A stretch of 64,000 nucleotides of DNA, taken from an uncultured bacterium (GTDB lineage: Bacteria; Chlamydiota; Chlamydiia; Chlamydiales; SM23-39). Below are positions 40,526 to 47,713 of the stretch, one piece after another. The translations under genes and the position numbers were made by a program. The stretch spans positions 864,001 through 928,000 of the forward strand of contig OY970323.1 in assembly GCA_963716985.1 (NCBI GenBank), read 5' to 3'. The notes under the pieces were generated by a model, which did not search any database, was not told where the DNA came from, and saw nothing but the letters and a program-made list of their open reading frames with translations. How positions within the stretch are numbered: position 1 is the first letter of the stretch; every line of letters begins with the position of its first letter.

Positions 40526-42833
40526 TCAATAGTGCTACTTGTTCATCAAGCTTTTGATCATCATCATTCCAGAGCCAGGGTTTTTTAGGTTCTGAAGGAT
40601 GTTGAGTGATTTCCCTCACTGTTTGGTAAAGAACCTGTGTAGCGGGCGATATAAAAGATTTTCCTTCGTAGTTCCCGAACATTTTTTGAGAGCGGAGATC
40701 GATTGCCTGGACTGCAAACAGCAGGGCCAGGGAAAGATACTGTCGGAATAGTTCTAATGATTGACGAGTGAGATTCGCTGAATTAAACCCTTGACTATTG
40801 ATGTTCTGATTGAATTGTTCTGCATGCGTTGGGAAACGATCAGCAATTGAATGCCCATAGAATTCCAATAGGGGAAGGATGGAATTGCCCACAATTTGAA
40901 GCCCTTTCATTCCCATATTGATAGGGCGTTCAAGATTTCCCACAAGACAAGGAGATAAGCCATTGCTAAATTTGGGCTCTACCAGTAAAGCAATTTGCAC
41001 GTCTAAGCCTTTTGTTGTAAGGCTTAACATCATGCGCAGCTGATCCATTCCGATTCCGATGTATTCTCCCAGAAAATTCCCTCCATAGAAAATTTCTCCA
41101 GTATCCGGATTCATTAGGGGGTTATCATTGGAGGAGTTCATTTCGACTTCGATTTGCCGTTTTAGATTCCATAAATTCTCAAAAATCGGTCCTAAGTATT
41201 GGGGCAAACAGCGCGATGAGTAACGATCTTGTACCAGATCGTCTTTTGCATTCCTGTCAAATCCATCGTTTCGACGGACCAAAAGAGAGTTCTCTAACAG
41301 ATGGAATATTTTTTCAGCAACCCATAGCTGCCCTGGATGGGGTTTAATCTGGTGCAAATATGGATGAAATGAGAGAGTTGTTCCATGAAGTCCTTGAATG
41401 AACATGGCCTGAATATGCAGCGCAAGCATGAGGAGCTCCTCGGCTTCTTTTACACAGCCTGCTCCGATTGCTGTCATCATGGAAGTGCCGTTTAACATGG
41501 CGAGAGCTTCTTTTGGTTCTAACGATAAAGGCGATAAATTCAGCTTCTTTAGCGCTTCAGTGGCTGGCAATAGCTTTCCGTTCATATCGACCTTATAGTT
41601 GGCTTCATGGCCAACAAGAGCGCCTGCGATATAAGACAGTGGCACTAGATCTCCACTTGCACCAATTGATCCTAACTCAGGAACGCAAGGTGTTATTCCT
41701 TCATTAACGAAAGTGACCAACCGCTCGATTAGAGAGAGACGAATACTAGAATTCCCCCGCAAGTGCGAATTTGCCCGAAGAATCATTGCTGATCGAACGT
41801 CTTGTTTGGGAAGATATTTCCCCGCGCCGGCTTTGTGGATCCATAGCATATTTTGTTGCATATGGGCAGCGTTTTGGGGGGAGATGAGGTGATTAGCCAT
41901 CCCACCAAAAGCAGTGGTGACACCGTAAATTGTCTCTCCAGATGCAACCGCTTGCTGCATTTTTTTATGTGATAATTCAATTCGATTGAGAATAGTCGAA
42001 TCTTTTGTGATGGACACTGTAGAATGTCTGGTTGCAGCCGATATTAATTGGTCGATTGTTAAATTGTTTCCGTTTAATTCTATTGATGCTTGTTTCATTG
42101 TTTTGCTTATTTTTTCAGCCATCTCTTTTCCAGATGTTTTACAAAAGAGATGGCCGCCTTTAAAAGTTTCAAAATAGAAATCGCTTTTTGTATATTGTTT
42201 CCATTGTCTTATTTCACTAGCAGAAGCAAAGATATCTTCACTGCCGCCAAAAGCGAAAATGGGTATTGTCATGTTAGATAGGCTAGATATTGTATGACTT
42301 TCACAAACCGAAAAATCAGCACGTATGATGTGCAGAAACATATCTAATATGTCGGGTGATTTTAGAATATTTTCTGGCAATTCTTCTAATTTCCGAATTT
42401 GATTTAGTAAATCATTTTTTGGTAATAATGCCATTGCGGGAAGTTGAGAAGGGAGATGGGGAGCTCTCATAGCGGACAAGAAGAGGTAATTTGCTTTTTT
42501 TTGAAAGTAGGATTCTAGGTAGCGAGCTAGTTCGAAAGCAATCAAAGCTCCCATTGAATGGCCGAAAAAGGCAAATGGGATATCCAAGTGATCGCGAATA
42601 CCTTGTGCAATAGCAGGTATGAGTTCGTTCATGCTATGGTAAGCAGTCTCATTGATTCTGGTGCCCCGGCCTGGAAGTTCGATAGTGCACATATCGATTT
42701 CAGGAGACATATGGGGCTCCATAGAGCGATATGCAAAACTGCTCCCTCCTGCGAAAGGAAAGCAAAAAAGGCGTGCAGCAGCGGGATAATTTCTTTTCTG
42801 TGCTGAAGGGATCCAGGAATTCTTGGGCATCAT
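40470..42833 (-). CDS. Type II thioesterase fused to an MIO-dependent aromatic amino acid ammonia-lyase (cyanobacterial PAL-like)
   Basis: N-terminal LFCFPFAGG, LPGRG, GHSMG, GGH; C-terminal YGVTTAFGG, GSIGASGDL, QDRYS, HAEQFNQNINSQG; single open frame. Confidence 0.9.
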   Translation of the reverse strand: MMPKNSWIPSAQKRNYPAAARLFCFPFAGGSSFAYRSMEPHMSPEIDMCTIELPGRGTRINETAYHSMNELIPAIAQGIRDHLDIPFAFFGHSMGALIAFELARYLESYFQKKANYLFLSAMRAPHLPSQLPAMALLPKNDLLNQIRKLEELPENILKSPDILDMFLHIIRADFSVCESHTISSLSNMTIPIFAFGGSEDIFASASEIRQWKQYTKSDFYFETFKGGHLFCKTSGKEMAEKISKTMKQASIELNGNNLTIDQLISAATRHSTVSITKDSTILNRIELSHKKMQQAVASGETIYGVTTAFGGMANHLISPQNAAHMQQNMLWIHKAGAGKYLPKQDVRSAMILRANSHLRGNSSIRLSLIERLVTFVNEGITPCVPELGSIGASGDLVPLSYIAGALVGHEANYKVDMNGKLLPATEALKKLNLSPLSLEPKEALAMLNGTSMMTAIGAGCVKEAEELLMLALHIQAMFIQGLHGTTLSFHPYLHQIKPHPGQLWVAEKIFHLLENSLLVRRNDGFDRNAKDDLVQDRYSSRCLPQYLGPIFENLWNLKRQIEVEMNSSNDNPLMNPDTGEIFYGGNFLGEYIGIGMDQLRMMLSLTTKGLDVQIALLVEPKFSNGLSPCLVGNLERPINMGMKGLQIVGNSILPLLEFYGHSIADRFPTHAEQFNQNINSQGFNSANLTRQSLELFRQYLSLALLFAVQAIDLRSQKMFGNYEGKSFISPATQVLYQTVREITQHPSEPKKPWLWNDDDQKLDEQVALLNEDLASPESTLKKASRFG

Positions 42834-43270
42834 GAAGCAAAAAAGGCGATGAGTGCAGTTTCTATAAGGATGATGAGATAAATGCCGCAGAGACGTAAGG
42901 CATCTTTATCTCCAAGTATTCTTAACGGGTTTTTCCAAATGACAGTTGATTCCAAAACTTCAACCCCAAGATGGCTTATGAATACCATCCCCCCCATAAT
43001 AAACATGTGAACTGTGGGAAGGTGGTGTATGCTCCTGAATACACTCGTTCCTTGCCAAAAAAATAGGGTAGCTAGTAAGCAAAAGAAGGTGGCTATATAA
43101 AAAGGAGAGAGAATGAACTCTTCGAGCTTTTTGTTAATGCTTTCTCTGTTCCCTTTAGTTTTTATTCCGGTTAGAGTTCCTGCGATTCCGCAAGCCAGAT
43201 AGCTATAGATTGTAGTGATCCAGAAAATCGGCCAAGCGCTTTTGATTAAGAATAGCCACTGAATATCCAT
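42830..43270 (-). CDS. Small membrane protein, first gene of the BGC operon
   Basis: 146 aa, about 4 hydrophobic segments, ATGA-coupled to TE-PAL. Confidence 0.65.
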   Translation of the reverse strand: MDIQWLFLIKSAWPIFWITTIYSYLACGIAGTLTGIKTKGNRESINKKLEEFILSPFYIATFFCLLATLFFWQGTSVFRSIHHLPTVHMFIMGGMVFISHLGVEVLESTVIWKNPLRILGDKDALRLCGIYLIILIETALIAFFAS

Positions 43271-43396
43271 GTAAATGCCTCTGCAAGAATTGGAAGAGTC
43301 TAAACGTTTTGTGGTTTTTAGCCAAATGAAAAAATTGTAGATTTTTAAGGAAACGAGGAGAATAATCGCTCCTTATCTTGACCGAGGAGGTTGTTA

Positions 43397-43741
43397 ATGT
43401 TTTCAAAGATTCAGAGGGTGTGCGGCAATGTTTTAAACAACGAGCCTTGGGGAATTTCTATCAGGCCTTTTTTAAAATTTAGTGCTTCCTCGTTGGCTTG
43501 TGGAAGCCTTGCAAATAGGATGTGGATTACCGCTAATCAACTTGTCGAAGATCCTCACGCAAGGGAACAAGTGTTTCGAGCGGGACAACGTTTATTTGCC
43601 TTGATGGCAGAGCAAAAAGATACAGCCGTAGATAGTTTTGCCATGGTCAATCGAGTCGGAGCGATGGCTCTTGGCTTGATTAGTACTGCATTGGCGATAA
43701 AGGCTATAACAATTGTTTGGAATCGTAAGGATAGGAGTTGA
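43397..43741 (+). CDS. Hypothetical protein (tandem paralog 1)
   Basis: GAGGAGG RBS; shares MW..AN...E.P.AR.QVFRA.QR with the next ORF. Confidence 0.65.
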   Translation: MFSKIQRVCGNVLNNEPWGISIRPFLKFSASSLACGSLANRMWITANQLVEDPHAREQVFRAGQRLFALMAEQKDTAVDSFAMVNRVGAMALGLISTALAIKAITIVWNRKDRS

Positions 43742-43748
43742 GGTGATT

Positions 43749-44015
43749 ATGAGTGGAGTTATATTTTCTGCAGTGGCGTCTTTTGCTTGCGCCAGCCTTA
43801 CTAGGCAGATGTGGCGCAGCGCAAATAAAGTAAGGGAGAATCCAAGAGCGCGTGATCAAGTTTTTAGAGCGGCTCAACGAGTGTTTCCTTCAATTCAGGC
43901 AAATCAGAAAGAAGTGATAGTAAATCGTTTTGAATATTGTACTCGAGCGGGATCATTGCTCGCAGGCGGAGGAAGCGCGGTGCTTGCAGCGAAGGTTTTA
44001 TTGAAAATGATATAG
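43749..44015 (+). CDS. Hypothetical protein (tandem paralog 2)
   Basis: 88 aa from ATG 43749; paralogous to the previous ORF. Confidence 0.65.
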   Translation: MSGVIFSAVASFACASLTRQMWRSANKVRENPRARDQVFRAAQRVFPSIQANQKEVIVNRFEYCTRAGSLLAGGGSAVLAAKVLLKMI

Positions 44016-44030
44016 CTGTTGAAATCCATC

Positions 44031-44129
44031 CTTTACTCACAGTTGCATGGTCAGAAAATCTGCATTCGAGGAAATCATGATGGTCCCTCTGCCAAAATGC
44101 ATAAGATCGGATTCTCGCTTGCTCTAGAG
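44031..44129 (+). pseudogene. Internal relic of the metallophosphoesterase gene
   Basis: Translates LYSQLHGQKICIRGNHDGPSAKMHKIGFSLALE versus LCSRLHGNKICIRGNHDGTLAKMHKIGFLLVLE at 9602-9700. Confidence 0.85.
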
Positions 44130-44288
44130 TTAGTTGCGCCAAACTTGCAATAAATTCTAATCATTTTCATAGATCCTCTAAATGCCAATCCAGTGAAGTT
44201 TCTCACCGACGCCATTTTTCGTTCCAACAGTTTGCGATAAAATTCAAACATGTACAACTAATCTCGTGCTATAACAATAGGAGGAGGC

Positions 44289-45434
44289 ATGGAAAAGGTG
44301 GAAATGTCGGCAAACTTAAAAGCTGAAGATTTGAGAGGAATCACGATGCGCACGCATAGGCATTGCCAGTCTTATCGGGTTCGCATTCGAATGAAGGGAG
44401 GGCAGTATTTTGATAGGTCATTTAAGTCGAAGACCCTAGCTAAAAAATGGAAGAGAGATATGGAATCGGCGATTGAGCATGATCGGTATGAATTCACCAA
44501 CCCAGCAACCAAGCATACGCTTGCAGAATTGATCGATCTTTACATAGAGAGGGTGCTCCCATCCAAGCCCAAAAATGCGAAGAATACTCGGAGACACCTG
44601 ATTTGGTGGAAGCAGGAGCTTGGCCATCTTTTTTTGGCTCAGATCCGACCGAGCTTGATTGCGGAAAAGAGGGATGATTTGCTTGCGGGGTTTGTGAGAA
44701 AAGGCAAGCTGCGCTCTTCTTCGACTGTTGTCCGCTATTTGAGCAGCCTTTCTCACGTTTTTTCAAAAGCTGTTAAGGAGTGGGAATGGGTGAGAGAGAA
44801 TCCAGTCCTCAAGATTGAAAAACCAAAGCAGTCGCAGGGACGTAGGCGGGTTTTGGATGAAGGGGAGCAAAAAAATCTTCTCAAAGCATGTGAAGAGAGT
44901 GGGTCAAAGGATCTGTTTTTGATCGTTGCAATGGCCCTGGGGACTGGGATGCGCAAAGGAGAGATCATGGGTTTGCGCTGGAAGAATTTGAATTTGCATC
45001 TTGCTGCAGAGAAAGGGATTATTTTTCTCGAGAACACAAAAAATGGAAAGCCACGGCCAATTCTTGTCACTGGGCTATTGTTGAATCTTTTGCGAGAGCG
45101 GTGCGCAAATCAGCGGGATGACGCTCTGGTTTTCCCTTCTCCCAATTGTCCAAGCAGACCTGTCGACATTCGATCAGCGTGGGAATGCGCCCTAAAAAAG
45201 GCGAGCATCGAGGGCTTTGTATTTCATGGATTGCGCCACCAGACAGCTTCCTGTGCAGCTACGATCGAAGATAATCCGCTTGTAATCGGAGAGCTACTTG
45301 GCCACGAAACGCTTCAAATGACGAAACATTACGTCCACCTTCCCAGCAGCCACATGCATGCAATGGTAGAGACTCTTCAGACCAAAATTTTTCAAAATTA
45401 TCGGGAGGAAAAAAATGAACAGCTTAGAAAATGA
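44289..45434 (+). CDS. int: Tyrosine recombinase/integrase (copy 2)
   Basis: About a dozen aa differences from 13736-14881; catalytic motifs intact. Confidence 0.95.
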   Translation: MEKVEMSANLKAEDLRGITMRTHRHCQSYRVRIRMKGGQYFDRSFKSKTLAKKWKRDMESAIEHDRYEFTNPATKHTLAELIDLYIERVLPSKPKNAKNTRRHLIWWKQELGHLFLAQIRPSLIAEKRDDLLAGFVRKGKLRSSSTVVRYLSSLSHVFSKAVKEWEWVRENPVLKIEKPKQSQGRRRVLDEGEQKNLLKACEESGSKDLFLIVAMALGTGMRKGEIMGLRWKNLNLHLAAEKGIIFLENTKNGKPRPILVTGLLLNLLRERCANQRDDALVFPSPNCPSRPVDIRSAWECALKKASIEGFVFHGLRHQTASCAATIEDNPLVIGELLGHETLQMTKHYVHLPSSHMHAMVETLQTKIFQNYREEKNEQLRK

Positions 45435-46143
45435 TGATTTTCCCGTTCGCTCGCTTTGGCGACCCGAATTGTTGACCAGTGAAGAGTTGCAGGCGAGTCT
45501 GAAAGATGATTATTGGACGGCAAGAATCGCCGCCTATCGAGCTTTGGGCATGAAAACTCCCGATGCGGGTAGCCTTGAAGAGGAGAAACGGCTTTGCCCA
45601 GATTTTGAGAAATACCATGCACTTTTTGAATCTTGCTTTGAAAACAAGAAGATAGCGGTCCAGTGCCATTGCTTGGAACAGGGCAAAATGGTCTGTGCCG
45701 CAATGCCTGTTGATTGGCTCAAACTCATTCACAAAGGTCGGCTGACCGACGATGGGATTGAGGACAAGGATGTGAAGAAAGCAGGGCTTTACATTTCTCC
45801 GGAGCTTACTGCTGCATGGCTTCTAATCGAAGGGAAGGCTTGCTTATCGAAAAGGCGCCCAGCTCACGAGCGAGAAGACATGGTTTTTATATGGAAAGCG
45901 GCGAGAAAAGTCCGAAAGAATTTCCCTCATCTACCTCCTCGCATGATCGCGCAGATCGTTCATCAGCACGCCTTGAAACAAAGAAAATACCCTTTCAAGA
46001 CGGTCTATGGTTGGGTCATTGCTTCCTTTACTCCCATGAATGAATGGTCAGCTCGAAAAAGGCGCGATCGAAATGGTCGTCCGAAAAAAGGAAGCTACCC
46101 CAAGATTACGTTTGATTTCTCCTCGTATTTCTCAGATCTCTAA
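45415..46143 (+). CDS. Hypothetical protein (copy 2)
   Basis: Near-identical to 14862-15590. Confidence 0.7.
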   Translation: MNSLENDDFPVRSLWRPELLTSEELQASLKDDYWTARIAAYRALGMKTPDAGSLEEEKRLCPDFEKYHALFESCFENKKIAVQCHCLEQGKMVCAAMPVDWLKLIHKGRLTDDGIEDKDVKKAGLYISPELTAAWLLIEGKACLSKRRPAHEREDMVFIWKAARKVRKNFPHLPPRMIAQIVHQHALKQRKYPFKTVYGWVIASFTPMNEWSARKRRDRNGRPKKGSYPKITFDFSSYFSDL

Positions 46144-46259
46144 TCCACATTCAAGCATCGCTTTTAAAACTTTCGACCGAGGCCATTTTTAATGGCGATG
46201 CTTTGCCATAAAATACGGTTATTTAATTCAAACTGCGAGCAACGCAGAAGGAGGACGAC

Positions 46260-46559
46260 ATGAGAAACGATAGACAAGATTCAAAAAAGAGTGCTGAGGG
46301 AATGGGGGATGAGCCAAAGCAAACACGGTTCATTCCTGCGTCGAAATGGAATGAGTTTCACGAATGGCCGCCTGTCGGAGGGATGCGCCACTTGATCTTT
46401 TTCCGTAACGACAACGGATTTGCCAAAGTCTTAAAGCGGCCCAATAGGACATGGCTGATTGATGAAAAGGCTTTCTTCAAATGGGTCTCAGAAAGGAAAT
46501 ATAAGCCTCGCAAAAAAGAGCTGGAGGACATTGTTATCACAAAAATAGCATCTGAATAG
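46260..46559 (+). CDS. Excisionase-like small DNA-binding protein (copy 2)
   Basis: Near-identical to 15707-16006. Confidence 0.55.
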   Translation: MRNDRQDSKKSAEGMGDEPKQTRFIPASKWNEFHEWPPVGGMRHLIFFRNDNGFAKVLKRPNRTWLIDEKAFFKWVSERKYKPRKKELEDIVITKIASE

Positions 46560-46567
46560 GTCGTAAG

Positions 46568-47614
46568 ATGCCGAAGACTGGATTCATAAAGCTTCATCGC
46601 GAAGGGCTTGAGTTGCTTGAAGCCAGCCCATCAGCATTCTTGCTCCTGGCTTTGATTGCATTCCGTGCTAGGCGAACAGGGTCAACGTATTCAACGCATA
46701 AGCTGAAGATGAATGAAGCAGTCATCGGAGATCATGAGACTATCGGTTTGACCAGGCAGCAGTATAGAGGCGCTATGGAGAAGCTGGAAAAATATGGACT
46801 CGCGGTTTTCAAAAGAGATAAGAGAGGAACGATTGTGACTCTGACCAGTACGGCTATCTTCGATATCAATGCTGAATCAGAGGATGATGCCTTCAATAAC
46901 AAACAGCCATTTCAGAACCTTTTAGGAGCCATTCAGCAACCAACCGACAACCGCAAAGCAACCATATTGGAACCATCTGAACAACCATCAGATTTGTCTA
47001 TGGAAAATCGAAGAGAGCAACCATCTGAACAACCAACCCGTAACCATCAAGCAACCACTAGAGAACCAGAAAGGAACCAGTTCGTAACCACAAGACAGCC
47101 ACTAACAAAGAAAGAAGAAAAAGAAGAAGAAAGGGCAGCAGCAGCTCTTTTGCGCACTTTCTACAAATGCTTGGGCGGATTGGATCTGAGCGATCAGGAA
47201 AAACGCTCTCTGATGCGCTACGGAGAGAGTCGAGTGGCCCATGCTGTCGAATTTGTGAAGAGGAAGCAAGACGTGGATAGCGTCATTGGGATGTTGACAT
47301 GGGTATGCCAACAACCGGAACCGCCCGAACTTCCTCGAGAGAAACGGAAAAATCTGACTCCGCAGCAAAAACTCGCCTGGGAGTACAACCAGTTTCTCAG
47401 CAGCAATGGCTATGCTGCGTTAGCCAAGCAAAATGAAGAGACGATTCCTAATGACAGGATAATGATTTTAGAGCTGGGTCGGCCGATGTCGATCATTTTG
47501 AATCATTCACTTCCGACGTTGCAGGATGATTTTGGTAAGTCCAAAGACGAAATTTTGAAAAGTCAGCGGATTGTTCGGGAGCTTCAGGGCGACAAATTGT
47601 CACCGGTTCGGTAG
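46568..47614 (+). CDS. Putative phage-type replication initiator
   Basis: GFIKLHR N-terminus, wHTH-like region, central Q/P/T low-complexity linker encoded by repeats, then a K/E tract; this is the usual layout of phage replisome organisers. Confidence 0.65.
   Translation: MPKTGFIKLHREGLELLEASPSAFLLLALIAFRARRTGSTYSTHKLKMNEAVIGDHETIGLTRQQYRGAMEKLEKYGLAVFKRDKRGTIVTLTSTAIFDINAESEDDAFNNKQPFQNLLGAIQQPTDNRKATILEPSEQPSDLSMENRREQPSEQPTRNHQATTREPERNQFVTTRQPLTKKEEKEEERAAAALLRTFYKCLGGLDLSDQEKRSLMRYGESRVAHAVEFVKRKQDVDSVIGMLTWVCQQPEPPELPREKRKNLTPQQKLAWEYNQFLSSNGYAALAKQNEETIPNDRIMILELGRPMSIILNHSLPTLQDDFGKSKDEILKSQRIVRELQGDKLSPVR
46900..47130 (+). repeat. Iteron-like AACCA repeats inside rep (putative origin)
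   Basis: Many AACCA/AGCCA units; AACCATCTGAACAACCA at 46971-46987 and 47019-47035; A-rich tract follows. Confidence 0.55.
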
Positions 47615-47713
47615 GGCAAATCGGGGGGACTTTGGGGAGGGTTTTGCGGAGCTAGTAAAAAGGAGGGCTTTTTCTGAAAAACCAGCCCCTACATTAGCCA
47701 AATATGGTTTGAT

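Larger units (their letters stand above)
44192..46883 (+). repeat. Copy 2 of the ~2.7 kb direct repeat
   Basis: Near-identical to 13638-16330; includes a frameshifted 5' stub of the 341 aa gene. Confidence 0.95.

Noticed and set aside
13638..46883. Diversity-generating retroelement TR/VR pair
   Set aside because: No reverse transcriptase is present; the repeats are whole gene modules and the differences are not adenine-specific.
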